Source: a virus
Taxonomy: Duplodnaviria; Heunggongvirae; Uroviricota; Caudoviricetes
IMG/VR virus record: IMGVR_UViG_3300045988_028451
Coordinates: 1-43,666 of that record
Strand: one strand, 5' to 3'
DNA: 43,666 nt
The position numbers were made by a program, and so were the translations under genes. How positions within the stretch are numbered: position 1 is the first letter of the stretch; each line of letters opens with the position of its first letter. Below the pieces are notes generated by a model. It worked only from the letters and a program-made list of their open reading frames with translations, did no database searches and was not told the origin of the DNA. Positions 26,357 through 34,788 of the stretch are shown in pieces.

Positions 26357-27607
26357 TTAAAGTGCGAAAGTCACCGGGATGTTGATTACTGGCTTAACCA
26401 CCGGCATCTCATAAACTACAGGATAGCCGAGAGCATCCGCCATATGGTCAATGACGCCGTCTTTAGCAGGCTCTCCGTTATCATCATATGCCTGCTGCTC
26501 CAGTGTCTTCGCTATCTCAGGGCATAAGTGGTCGTTAACCCACAGCTTACCTTTTTCCAGCGCGGTATTCACGGCTAAAACACGGTCTTTAACCGGTGGG
26601 TTGGCGGATTTAGCGCGAACATCAAAACCGGCCTGCTGTAGTAAGGCGATATCGGAGATTGACGCCGAGTTGGTTTTGCGGTTCTTGCCGCTGGCGTCCG
26701 GGTAAACGACGATGCGGTGGCCTTGCGACTTCCACTTCTCGGTAATCACACGCACGGTATCTGGCGTATCGAACAGGCCCTTCAGTTCTGCTACCGCGTG
26801 CCAGCCGTCTTTACGTTGCACATACACGGCGCTGGCGTTCTTCGTAACGTTGAAGTCCTGCCCGATGTACAGCGTGTCGCCCGGTTGGATTGTCTCTTTG
26901 CTGCGATGCTTACGTCGGTCGTAGGCGTAGTAGACGCTGCCGGATGTCAGGTTAACGAACTCCCCATTCAGGTACGCGTTAATCAGTTGCGCTGGGTAAG
27001 TCTCGGTCAGCGAGCTAATGTAGTCAGGCGGCAGGAATCGCGCGTTCTCGTGGGTGGAAGCCTGCACCATTGAGTAACTCGGTGTCGGGTTCTCTTTGAA
27101 CTTGGCGTAGACGAACTTGAACCCTTCCGGCGTCGTGGTGACGGAGATGTGGTTGGTTACACCAGGGATAACCAGACGCATACGGGCGACGATTTTGTTC
27201 CATGCCAGTTCAGCTTTTTCTCGGCTCAGTACGTCCAGTTCATCCACGACCGCCGCGGCTATTTTGAAACCGACGATAGAGCCTGGGTTATCCATCGAAC
27301 GGCAGATTACTGTACCGATTACTGTCTTACCTCTCGCAACGACGACCTCTTTGTCTCCGGATTTAACCAGCACATCAAGGCCGAGCAGGTTAGCCGCTTC
27401 CTCGAATGTCGGGTAGAAGATGTCACGGATGGCGGGATAGGTAGGGCCGAAGTAGCCCAGGCGTGTACCAGGGTGCTTGAGCATAAACGTAAGCAGGTCA
27501 AGGCAGCCGACAAACGTCTTGCCACTACCGAAGCCGCCTACGTAGGCCTTGTATTTGTTGTCACAATTCAGGAACAGTGCCTGCGGCGCGGATAGCTGAA
27601 TACTCAT
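26357..27607 (-). CDS. terminase large subunit
   Basis: Walker A GGFGSGKT near N-terminus, Walker B-like AAAVVDELD, C-terminal nuclease-like acidic motifs; stop/start overlap with upstream small subunit gene. Confidence 0.85.
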   Translation of the reverse strand: MSIQLSAPQALFLNCDNKYKAYVGGFGSGKTFVGCLDLLTFMLKHPGTRLGYFGPTYPAIRDIFYPTFEEAANLLGLDVLVKSGDKEVVVARGKTVIGTVICRSMDNPGSIVGFKIAAAVVDELDVLSREKAELAWNKIVARMRLVIPGVTNHISVTTTPEGFKFVYAKFKENPTPSYSMVQASTHENARFLPPDYISSLTETYPAQLINAYLNGEFVNLTSGSVYYAYDRRKHRSKETIQPGDTLYIGQDFNVTKNASAVYVQRKDGWHAVAELKGLFDTPDTVRVITEKWKSQGHRIVVYPDASGKNRKTNSASISDIALLQQAGFDVRAKSANPPVKDRVLAVNTALEKGKLWVNDHLCPEIAKTLEQQAYDDNGEPAKDGVIDHMADALGYPVVYEMPVVKPVINIPVTFAL

Positions 27608-28149
27608 TCCTCTACCTCACCCATGTTCGTTGTTACAATTTTACCTACAGGCTCCGCAACACTGAAAATAATCTCAGTCGGTGCCGTTTCTTCGGCGGAT
27701 TCAACTGGTTTCTCTTTGCCAAGGCCAAGTTTCGCAGCGGCAAACGTAGCAGAGATACCTGCAGCCCCTGTCTCAGTGAAGTATGCCTCTTCCAATGCCT
27801 GTGCTGTCTCATAGGCTTCGGCAAATGCGGGAATCTCACGCAGCCACAGCTTAATAATCGGGATAGTGACGCCGATGTGTAGGGCGAAGCGGGCCAGTGA
27901 CGGTGGCTTATCCTGAATCAGCGGGCGTTCGTCACCCTTAGACGTGGGCGCAAGTTCCCATGACGTGCGGTCGAAGAACTCGATTAACGCGTCGCAATAG
28001 TCCGGGTCCCACAACGCGGCGGAATTACGGGACGATTGATAAAGGCTCTGTTTACCGCGCGGTCGTTTACGGCGACGGTTTGCGCTAACAGCTTCTTCAT
28101 GTGCAGCTTGCACCACCTCTGGCGATGGCTGCTTGAGTTTCAGCTTCAT
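27604..28149 (-). CDS. terminase small subunit (putative)
   Basis: Immediately upstream of and overlapping the large subunit gene; HTH-like segment; ATG at 28149 with AAGGGG RBS (ORF track lists upstream ATG at 28188). Confidence 0.5.
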   Translation of the reverse strand: MKLKLKQPSPEVVQAAHEEAVSANRRRKRPRGKQSLYQSSRNSAALWDPDYCDALIEFFDRTSWELAPTSKGDERPLIQDKPPSLARFALHIGVTIPIIKLWLREIPAFAEAYETAQALEEAYFTETGAAGISATFAAAKLGLGKEKPVESAEETAPTEIIFSVAEPVGKIVTTNMGEVEE

Positions 28150-28166
28150 AGAATCCCCTTGCGTAT

Positions 28167-28208
28167 GCGTCTGACCATCAGAGCGCATCAGACGCGCCCT
28201 ACGCGTCT
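28167..28208. repeat. overlapping inverted repeats (GCGTCTGA / TCAGACGC and AGACGCG / CGCGTCT) at the 5-prime end of the terminase small subunit gene
   Basis: GCGTCTGA 28167-28174, TCAGACGC 28188-28195, AGACGCG 28190-28196, CGCGTCT 28202-28208; two mutually exclusive stems share the middle arm. Confidence 0.5.
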
Positions 28209-28248
28209 AAAGGGATTATATAAGGGATTGGGTGGGATGTACAGAAAA

Positions 28249-28264
28249 GCCCTCCGTAGAGGGC
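28249..28264 (-). terminator. putative rho-independent terminator upstream of terminase genes
   Basis: GCCCTC-CGTA-GAGGGC hairpin followed on minus strand by TTTTCTGT. Confidence 0.45.
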
Positions 28265-28358
28265 TTGTATCAGTTATACAGGCCGTGTCGTGGTGCTCTT
28301 TTACCATCGCCGCCGTAATGGTTGTTAGCTACAGCGATAGCCCAGACGATAGGGATGA

Positions 28359-28625
28359 TTAGTAGCCGCATTCGTTCTCCTCTTTAGCAATACGTTGCTC
28401 GGTTTTAGTGATACCGCGGCGCGTGAATAATACCGGGCTTGTCTTAACGTGCGTCATTAGACGGTTGTTATAGATTACGTGGCGCTCACATTTCACGTCT
28501 TTGCTGTACTTAGCAATCGTCATTTCGTTGAGGCCAGTTTGTCGGCATGTCTCCGCCATCGTGCCGAATTCTTTAATCAGGTTAGGAATGCTGGTAATCA
28601 TCCTAAGAAATTCCTCGTTGACCAC
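28359..28625 (-). CDS. hypothetical protein
   Basis: ORF with GTG start (internal ATG at 28601 possible). Confidence 0.4.
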   Translation of the reverse strand: MVNEEFLRMITSIPNLIKEFGTMAETCRQTGLNEMTIAKYSKDVKCERHVIYNNRLMTHVKTSPVLFTRRGITKTEQRIAKEENECGY

Positions 28626-28770
28626 ATCGCATTCGGATATTTGTTATCCCGGTCCTGCACTACGGCAATCATGTTACCGCGTTGCACGAGGCAAAAGTGC
28701 CGCTGTTGCTCGCCGTTATAGCGCCGCCATATTGCTTCTTCGATTGCTGCGTTGATGTCACTGAACATAA

Positions 28771-29037
28771 TCACCCCACTACCTCATCGCCAAGCCACGC
28801 CGTTTCTCGTATATCATCGACCACACAAGCGGCGTGCTCACGGCTAATTGCAAAAATGTAGAAGCTAAACTTCTTCCCGTCGGCGTCGATGTGGTTAACC
28901 GAGTAGGGTTTCCACAGGACGCCATCAATTACTACTGGCTTAGGCGACTCCATACGCTTCACCACATTTAATGCACGTGGCTCGATGTAACCCGCCAACC
29001 ACATGTAAGTAGTAGTCATGCGCACAAGGCTTTTCAC
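28771..29037 (-). CDS. hypothetical protein
   Basis: ORF; true start may be internal ATG at 28953 to limit overlap with upstream gene. Confidence 0.35.
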   Translation of the reverse strand: MKSLVRMTTTYMWLAGYIEPRALNVVKRMESPKPVVIDGVLWKPYSVNHIDADGKKFSFYIFAISREHAACVVDDIRETAWLGDEVVG

Positions 29038-29179
29038 CCTCTTTCAACTTATCAAGCAACAACTTAAATGCCTCCAGTTGAAACTCACCGTTAATCGACA
29101 GTTGCCTGCTTAACGTCTGTTTCTCCGACTCAAGCACCAGAATACGGCGCTCGAGTGACGCGATTGTGATTTTAGGCAT
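28940..29179 (-). CDS. hypothetical protein with C-terminal Cys/His cluster
   Basis: ORF; C-terminal CAHDYYLH...CIKCG suggests metal binding. Confidence 0.4.
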   Translation of the reverse strand: MPKITIASLERRILVLESEKQTLSRQLSINGEFQLEAFKLLLDKLKEGEKPCAHDYYLHVVGGLHRATCIKCGEAYGVA

Positions 29180-29415
29180 TATTCGGCCCCCTCATAAAAA
29201 TCTCCATTTCGGTAATCCCCATCGAAATCGTCAGAAATAGCGCACCCCTTGTTCAGGTTGAAGCGGTTAATCAGTTCACGGCGAGTCTCGTAAAGCGACT
29301 CTACCATTTGCTCCGCTACTGCGATTTTAGTATTCAGAACGTGCATCACGTGGCTTACGTCTACGCCGCCGTTAACGGCCTCTACCATCATCTTTTCGTA
29401 TTCACGGTCAGTCAT
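29179..29415 (-). CDS. hypothetical protein
   Basis: ORF; ATGA overlap with upstream gene. Confidence 0.4.
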   Translation of the reverse strand: MTDREYEKMMVEAVNGGVDVSHVMHVLNTKIAVAEQMVESLYETRRELINRFNLNKGCAISDDFDGDYRNGDFYEGAE

Positions 29416-29570
29416 TCTTTACGCTCTCCCCACATGCGATTGAGATACTTGTTCTTGTCCGGCCCCGGGAAACTGTTTCGTTTCATCAGTTCCTCGCGTG
29501 TCGGGAACGGGGTGTGACTGACTTTACGGCCTACCCGTAATGGCTGGCTTACTGGACCTTGTTCGCTCAT
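29412..29570 (-). CDS. hypothetical small protein (52 aa)
   Basis: ATG at 29570 overlapping upstream stop (ATGA); not in ORF track (below size cutoff). Confidence 0.35.
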   Translation of the reverse strand: MSEQGPVSQPLRVGRKVSHTPFPTREELMKRNSFPGPDKNKYLNRMWGERKE

Positions 29571-29764
29571 TTTACAATCTCCCATTTAACGCCGTGGAAG
29601 CCATCACCTTCATCGTTACCAAAGTCTATGAAAATATCGCAGTCGTCGTCGGAGACTATATAACCGAAACCAGTAGCTGTCGGGTTGTATACATCATACA
29701 CTTTACCCTCTGTCACATAGTCAAGGGCGGCTAACCAGAGAATTTTAGCGGCTTTAACTTTCAT
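29567..29764 (-). CDS. hypothetical protein
   Basis: ORF; ATGA overlap at both ends. Confidence 0.4.
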   Translation of the reverse strand: MKVKAAKILWLAALDYVTEGKVYDVYNPTATGFGYIVSDDDCDIFIDFGNDEGDGFHGVKWEIVK

Positions 29765-29910
29765 TTCTTCTCTCCTGCATAGGCTGCTTTCAGTGTCTGC
29801 ATAGCGGCGAACCAGAACGCGTCCGCCTGGATGCTGTTGCTCAGGTTACTGACAGCGATATGTGCCATCAATTGTGCGTCTTTGAATGCTTCGATATCTG
29901 TGATTTTCAT
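29761..29910 (-). CDS. hypothetical small protein (49 aa)
   Basis: ATG at 29910, stop at 29761-29763, ATGA coupling; below ORF-track cutoff. Confidence 0.35.
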   Translation of the reverse strand: MKITDIEAFKDAQLMAHIAVSNLSNSIQADAFWFAAMQTLKAAYAGEKK

Positions 29911-30095
29911 TTATCATCTCCGTAAAAAGCCGCCACTTGTCCAACAATGATAATAAAATCATCCATACTCACGTTAACACTAACTGATTCGTCGCTAGCA
30001 CCGTCGGTACAAGTTATAGATAATGTCCCGTCCCGGCACTTCTCTATCTCCATGTAATCCCCCCAGTTATCTGTATGCTTAATCTTAGTCATCAT
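29907..30095 (-). CDS. hypothetical protein
   Basis: First gene after a minus-strand promoter; ATGA overlap with next gene. Confidence 0.4.
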   Translation of the reverse strand: MMTKIKHTDNWGDYMEIEKCRDGTLSITCTDGASDESVSVNVSMDDFIIIVGQVAAFYGDDK

Positions 30096-30129
30096 TTCTC
30101 TCTACTCCGTTCTCGTTGTTGATGGAGTA

Positions 30130-30158
30130 AATATAATAGGGTCTAGGATAATAGTCAA
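30130..30158 (-). promoter_or_regulatory. sigma70-like promoter (TTGACT-N17-TATATT) for the small-gene operon
   Basis: On minus strand -35 TTGACT (30158 to 30153) and -10 TATATT (30135 to 30130), 17-nt spacer; gene start at 30095 downstream. Confidence 0.4.
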
Positions 30159-30180
30159 CTAGTCATTACGGAAAATAGAT

Positions 30181-30214
30181 AAAAAAAAAAATCCCGGCTG
30201 GGTCAGGGCCGGGA
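30181..30214 (-). terminator. rho-independent terminator downstream of the endolysin gene
   Basis: On minus strand TCCCGGC ... GCCGGGA stem followed by a run of 10-11 T. Confidence 0.7.
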
Positions 30215-30279
30215 TAAAACTGGAGAGTAGAGGGATGAAGCAGGAGGTGATTTAAGTATCGTAGGATTAGTCTCAGGTG

Positions 30280-30765
30280 TCAACCTTTCACCGCGCGCCC
30301 GATAGCCTCCGCCTCCTGCCACGGCTTACCGTCGAACAGCGCAAGACGCCCGGCGGTACGGCGACGCAGACCGAGTAATGGTTTGCCGTTCTGGTTGATG
30401 AACAGCGCCAGCTTAGCCCGCAGTGTCGCAATATCACCAGAACGCAGAGCCTTACCGGTTCCGGTAGTAGCCGCAATCACACCGGCACCCGCGTTATAGA
30501 CCAGGTCACACACAGCGTCGAACTGCGCCTGTGTCAGGGAGTGGTGTGCTGCCGCATCAACCGCAGCTACGGCCTTAGCCATATCGCGATTCAGTAACAG
30601 GAGGCCTTGGCCAGGGGTGATGGTCTTACCTTCATACACATGAGGGCCATAGCTTCCGTAGCCTATGGTTAAGTATTTTTCCGAAGGTGTCGCGCGGTAG
30701 GCGGTCCCGCGGAAATCTTCCCAAGCCGCAGTAAACTTGAGGCCGTTGTCACTCATCGAGCGCAT
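30280..30765 (-). CDS. endolysin, GH24 lysozyme-like
   Basis: WEDFRGTAYR...TIGYG and LTQAQFDAVCDLVYNAG ... GLRRRTAGRLALF resemble lysozyme motifs (as in P22 gp19 / T4 e); AAGGAG RBS. Confidence 0.75.
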   Translation of the reverse strand: MRSMSDNGLKFTAAWEDFRGTAYRATPSEKYLTIGYGSYGPHVYEGKTITPGQGLLLLNRDMAKAVAAVDAAAHHSLTQAQFDAVCDLVYNAGAGVIAATTGTGKALRSGDIATLRAKLALFINQNGKPLLGLRRRTAGRLALFDGKPWQEAEAIGRAVKG

Positions 30766-31318
30766 AAAGAGAACTCCTTGTGGTATTTATCTCGGGCTTC
30801 GCTAGCTACTAACTCAGCGAACTCAAGGTCATCGAAGTAACCGAAAAACTTGCGCACACCTTTTTGCAAACGGATTCTCACCATCCATTTCCCTTGCTGT
30901 CTATGGACGCCTGATACTCCGCTGGTGTTGTTGCGCGATAACCCACGGTTGCGGTTGTTGTCCTGCGAGTCACATTCTCTCAGGTTACAAAACCTATTAT
31001 CGTCTCTTACCCCGTTCCTGTGGTCTATCTGCCCGCTGGGCCACTCTCCTGTTATATAGAACCATGCAAGCCTGTGTTGCCGTAGGTATTTACCTTTGAG
31101 CATGATTACTTTATACCTGTCCGGGTCTCTCCCGTCTGGCACAGTCCTTTAGGGGCTTTTGAACTAACCGTCTTAAGCCACGTGAATAACCCCGTGTCAG
31201 GGTTGTAATCTAAAACGCTACGAACATAGTCACGGCTAAGTTCATTATCTGAAATGTTTCGAGACACGCTTATGTCCTCCGTATGACAGCCACGCCTGTC
31301 GAATCTGACGCAGCGCAA
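30753..31318 (-). CDS. HNH-AP2 homing endonuclease gene disrupted by a -1 frame change (two ORFs 31106..31318 and 30753..31142)
   Basis: N-terminal piece has DYNPDTGLFTWLK...KAPKG; second piece in the -1 frame has KGKYLRQHRLAWFYITGEWPSGQIDHRNGVRDDNRFCNLRECDSQDNNRN (HNH) and an AP2-like domain; homologous intact proteins are contiguous. Confidence 0.55.
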
Positions 31319-31517
31319 CTAATGTGATTAATGTCTCAGGCAACGTGGGCGACATGCTGCCCTGTAACAGGTGAATGCCCCCGGCAGCGCAGACAATAGC
31401 GGTCAGGATATAGAACACCCGACCAAATAGCCCGTCGTCAACGCTGGGGTGATACACATTAAACAGCGATGTGCCTCCGATTGCCAGCATACCGCCGAAC
31501 CAGAATAACTCATTCAT
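31245..31517 (-). CDS. membrane protein with two TM helices (holin partner / antiholin candidate)
   Basis: ATG at 31517 overlapping holin stop (ATGAATGA) with GAGGAG RBS; two hydrophobic helices. Confidence 0.4.
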   Translation of the reverse strand: MNELFWFGGMLAIGGTSLFNVYHPSVDDGLFGRVFYILTAIVCAAGGIHLLQGSMSPTLPETLITLVALRQIRQAWLSYGGHKRVSKHFR

Positions 31518-31818
31518 CCGGGCCTCCTCGACGTGCGATGTATTCTCCGGCGACGATGCCAGAAAGGCGGGAATAGATAGGCATCCAGAGAATGGCAATG
31601 ATGAATCCGAGGCCAGCTATCTCGCTCTCGCCGGTAATGCCGAACCATTGAGCCGCGAGAGGTGCGCCAAATACGGCGCAAGTGAAGCCGGTAGCGATAA
31701 AGCAGAAGCCATCGATGGGGCCAGAAATAACGGACTTATGTTGCCTTAGTCCGATTACCCCTCCGGCTAGCGCGGCAGCGAGAAGCCAGCCTGTCACTGT
31801 TTCAGTAAATTTATCCAA
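31510..31818 (-). CDS. holin (putative, three TM segments)
   Basis: 102 aa with three hydrophobic segments and charged C-terminus; TTG start after GGAGGA RBS; upstream of endolysin. Confidence 0.5.
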   Translation of the reverse strand: MDKFTETVTGWLLAAALAGGVIGLRQHKSVISGPIDGFCFIATGFTCAVFGAPLAAQWFGITGESEIAGLGFIIAILWMPIYSRLSGIVAGEYIARRGGPDE

Positions 31819-31893
31819 GATGAATCCTCCAGGTGCGTATTAAGTATGCAGTAACTGGAGGATACCACGGGTAGGAATTATCTTAATAACGGT

Positions 31894-32232
31894 TTATTTG
31901 TGTCTCCAGATGTATTGTCGTCTCTGTGGCTTCGTCGGAATATCATCGTACCCCAGCGATTTCCAGTAATTAAATAACCTATTTGCGATTGCTGCGCGTT
32001 CCTGTGTTTTAAACTCACCCAGGTTAACGGCCTTCCCGTTCTGGAACCCGCAGGCGCGGACTGCTTTGCGTCTGGCTTGAATCTCAGGGTACAGCGCGTT
32101 ACGGCGGCGCTTGTATATTCGGGTGTTCGTTCTCGGTGACAGCGGCGCAAGGCCGCTTCGTTTCAGGATGTCAGTTGCAAGGCTCATATTCCGAGAATCT
32201 CGCGGGCCATTTCTTCTGTAACTTTCGAACAA
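31894..32232 (-). CDS. hypothetical protein
   Basis: ORF; probable start at internal ATG 32187. Confidence 0.4.
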   Translation of the reverse strand: MFESYRRNGPRDSRNMSLATDILKRSGLAPLSPRTNTRIYKRRRNALYPEIQARRKAVRACGFQNGKAVNLGEFKTQERAAIANRLFNYWKSLGYDDIPTKPQRRQYIWRHK

Positions 32233-32423
32233 GGTTCGTACATTACCTGTTCAGCGAATTCACGTAACTTTGCTTCCAGTTTAAGATAAGCGTCGTATTC
32301 TACATAATCGCCGTATGCGTACTCAGCCATCTCAGGCTCTGGCAGGCCCCACGCTTTTACCTCATACCTCTGTACCATCACTCCACCCCTTCCAAATGTG
32401 TAACTGACCCACAGTTCGCGCAC
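32184..32423 (-). CDS. hypothetical protein
   Basis: ORF in minus-strand operon. Confidence 0.4.
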   Translation of the reverse strand: MRELWVSYTFGRGGVMVQRYEVKAWGLPEPEMAEYAYGDYVEYDAYLKLEAKLREFAEQVMYEPCSKVTEEMAREILGI

Positions 32424-32587
32424 TCGACGTAATCAGGGAACTGGTCTTTGTATTTCTGTAACTCGGCTTCAACTTCCAACAGCTTGTGGTCAAGATTCTG
32501 GTAGTCCTCAAACTTAACCCACGCCCCGTGACGGTCCCCGAAATGGTTGTCAGACCCATACTTAGAGTATCTCTGTACCATAATCAC
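32378..32587 (-). CDS. hypothetical protein (Cys-containing)
   Basis: ORF; CANCGSVTH motif. Confidence 0.4.
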   Translation of the reverse strand: MIMVQRYSKYGSDNHFGDRHGAWVKFEDYQNLDHKLLEVEAELQKYKDQFPDYVECANCGSVTHLEGVE

Positions 32588-32802
32588 TTCTCCTGTTTAC
32601 CAAGTCGCTTAGGTGAGCAGATAGCGCGTACCTCTGAGTCGTTGGGCTTGTCACCCTGAAACAGAAAGTGCGCGTTCTCTGCGGCGCGTGCCGCTGACTG
32701 GCACGCCTCCATCGAATAAAACGTTTCTGATGCCGCTAGCTGCATCTGGCCTGCGGACAATACCCAGATAAATAATATGCTGGTCATTTGATCACCCCGC
32801 AT
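32584..32802 (-). CDS. hypothetical protein with N-terminal signal-peptide-like segment
   Basis: N-terminal hydrophobic MTSILFIWVLSAGQMQLAAS. Confidence 0.4.
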   Translation of the reverse strand: MRGDQMTSILFIWVLSAGQMQLAASETFYSMEACQSAARAAENAHFLFQGDKPNDSEVRAICSPKRLGKQEK

Positions 32803-33302
32803 TTAGAGCACTGCTGTAAGTCGCTACACCACAGAACCAAACGATAGTCATGTTCACATTCCTGTGTGTCAATCTTGTATTCCACTATGTCTGCGTATGT
32901 TCCATCCCAAATCCACGACCGCTTTTCTGCTGCTACACTGTGTTTCGGCTCCTCCCCGTTGCGATACCGGATAAATACCATAGTCCCATCCGGCACAGGT
33001 TGTCGTGCACCATAATGCGGCCTCCAGGCGTTGTACTGAGTATCTTCCTTACGGCAACCAGATTGCTCTGCTGCTATATAAGCGCCTACGTCACCTGTAG
33101 CTGTAGCCAACGCCTTATGCAACCCCTTAATATGTTCTGACGCATCACGTAACTGATTCTTGAGTGACAACACCTCGTGCGCCAGGTCTTCGCACTGTTG
33201 CTTGTACGGGTTGCTATTTACCTGCTGCCGTAGTTGGTCAATCAGCCACTCGAATACTTCGTTTTTGTTACTCATCTTCTGTCTCTCCTCTCGCTTATTC
33301 AA
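32784..33302 (-). CDS. hypothetical protein with C-terminal Cys cluster
   Basis: 172 aa ORF; CEHDY...C...CSKCG. Confidence 0.45.
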   Translation of the reverse strand: MNKREERQKMSNKNEVFEWLIDQLRQQVNSNPYKQQCEDLAHEVLSLKNQLRDASEHIKGLHKALATATGDVGAYIAAEQSGCRKEDTQYNAWRPHYGARQPVPDGTMVFIRYRNGEEPKHSVAAEKRSWIWDGTYADIVEYKIDTQECEHDYRLVLWCSDLQQCSKCGVIK

Positions 33303-33573
33303 CAGCGCCTGTTATTGCGATAAGCCCGGTGTTATCGCGGCGACGATACTTACGAATCACCGTTTTAAGTTCTTCATTACTACTCTGATGCCCGAACGTG
33401 ATCGGCAGCTCTTCTCCTCCTGACATCCCGAACTCAGTGTCCGTCGGTTTGTTCCTCCACCCCTGAATAAACCCATTATTATCGCGCGTTATGTACCGGT
33501 AGTTGTTAGGGAGGGGCAACTCCAGCCCCTCAAAATCAACGGTCACGGTGTAGCTGTTAAAATTCATAGTCAA
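33295..33573 (-). CDS. hypothetical protein
   Basis: ORF; probable ATG at 33567. Confidence 0.4.
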   Translation of the reverse strand: MTMNFNSYTVTVDFEGLELPLPNNYRYITRDNNGFIQGWRNKPTDTEFGMSGGEELPITFGHQSSNEELKTVIRKYRRRDNTGLIAITGAVE

Positions 33574-33706
33574 TTACCCCAAACTCATTAATGATTTGAG
33601 CCTTGTAGAAGTTGCCGTGTTTAGCCAGGTGGTACGCCTGCGCCATAGTCATCTCGCGGTAAGTTGCAGCGCTGTTTTCGAACTCCATAATCATCAAAGT
33701 AACCAT
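33557..33706 (-). CDS. hypothetical small protein (49 aa)
   Basis: ATG at 33706 preceded by GAGGAGAGG RBS, first gene after promoter at 33733-33766. Confidence 0.35.
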   Translation of the reverse strand: MVTLMIMEFENSAATYREMTMAQAYHLAKHGNFYKAQIINEFGVIDYEF

Positions 33707-33732
33707 ATTCTGCCTCTCCTCTCGTTTGTGTA

Positions 33733-33766
33733 AATGAATGGTATCCTATTCTCCCCCAGTGTGCAA
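33733..33766 (-). promoter_or_regulatory. sigma70-like promoter (TTGCAC-N17-TACCAT) with degenerate operator copy
   Basis: Minus-strand -35 at 33766 to 33761, -10 at 33743 to 33738; operator AATGGTATCCTATT. Confidence 0.4.
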
Positions 33767-33913
33767 GTAAATTTTATTGGTGTTTGTATTGTTGCATCTC
33801 CTGCAATAGTCGCTTCGATTGTTGCGTTTGGTGAAATAGAACAAAAATGAGAAAAATGATACGCTGCTGTGTAGCAGCGTAAGTCACTCAGTAAAATCCC
33901 AAACTATCGAACA

Positions 33914-34114
33914 TCACACTTCCGGCGGCTCGGGTAACGGCATCCAGTGGGTAACAAACTTATCGTAGTGATTCCAGAAAGGCTTTCTCACATCATCAGG
34001 GACGATGTAATAATCGTGCTGCACTGCGTTATTCAACGTTTCATACACCAGGAACTCCTTATCCGTATACCCATTGCCCGGCAGCATCCCACTACACTTA
34101 ATCCACTTACCCAT
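33914..34114 (-). CDS. hypothetical protein
   Basis: ORF. Confidence 0.4.
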   Translation of the reverse strand: MGKWIKCSGMLPGNGYTDKEFLVYETLNNAVQHDYYIVPDDVRKPFWNHYDKFVTHWMPLPEPPEV

Positions 34115-34117
34115 ATC

Positions 34118-34261
34118 TCACCTCGGATTCGCAACAGACAACACACCAGCTTTCCACGCCCGCCACGCGAGACGCGTCTTAACGTTCAGGTACTCTTTCT
34201 TCGAACCCTTATTAACGGGCAGACCCTCGACGACGGCCCACCGTTCGAATGCTTCTCTCAT
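34118..34261 (-). CDS. hypothetical small protein (47 aa)
   Basis: ATG at 34261 preceded by GGAGG RBS; below ORF-track cutoff. Confidence 0.35.
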   Translation of the reverse strand: MREAFERWAVVEGLPVNKGSKKEYLNVKTRLAWRAWKAGVLSVANPR

Positions 34262-34264
34262 AAC

Positions 34265-34456
34265 TTAGTCCTCCAGAACTTCGCATTCAGAATTACGGAC
34301 GAACAAATTCTCGCCGCGATGATTTACAACAAACCCATATTCGCAACTAATCCCTACGTCGAACTCATCACCAACAGAGACGCCAAAGTACGCAAGGCTA
34401 ACGTCCTGGTATTCCTCAGGGCATGTTTGTTCAACATCAGTTATACGAATTCTCAT
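34265..34456 (-). CDS. hypothetical protein
   Basis: ORF. Confidence 0.4.
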   Translation of the reverse strand: MRIRITDVEQTCPEEYQDVSLAYFGVSVGDEFDVGISCEYGFVVNHRGENLFVRNSECEVLED

Positions 34457-34467
34457 TTACGGCAACC

Positions 34468-34734
34468 TCACTCAGAGTCGTCGGCACAAGCATCATGATT
34501 CGATGCCGTTGTGAATGAGGCTTTCAGTCCGCCATCGAATACCCCTTTGAATTTAAAATTGTTGCCAATTAATTCCAGATTATCGCGTAAGGCGAACCCG
34601 GGTTTCTTTCTTACCAGGCCCCATACGTCGACTATATTATCCTCGTCATACTTGTTCTCATCCTGCAACACTATTACGTACTGCCCACCGCGTTTCGTTT
34701 TCACCAACTGACCCTTCCTAAACATAACCCTCAC
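34468..34734 (-). CDS. hypothetical protein
   Basis: First gene downstream of the promoter at 34756-34788; GAGG-type RBS. Confidence 0.45.
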   Translation of the reverse strand: MRVMFRKGQLVKTKRGGQYVIVLQDENKYDEDNIVDVWGLVRKKPGFALRDNLELIGNNFKFKGVFDGGLKASFTTASNHDACADDSE

Positions 34735-34755
34735 TCATCTGTCTCGTTCCGATAA

Positions 34756-34788
34756 GTGAATAGTATCCTATTATATTGGGGTGTGCAA
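34756..34788 (-). promoter_or_regulatory. sigma70-like promoter (TTGCAC-N17-TACTAT) with embedded operator AATAGTATCCTATT
   Basis: Minus-strand -35 at 34788 to 34783, -10 at 34765 to 34760; block near-identical to the 12898-12929 element in opposite orientation. Confidence 0.5.

Noticed and set aside
33947-34498. 183-aa plus-strand ORF across several small minus-strand genes
   Set aside because: Overlaps four minus-strand genes that have RBSs and a promoter; no RBS of its own.
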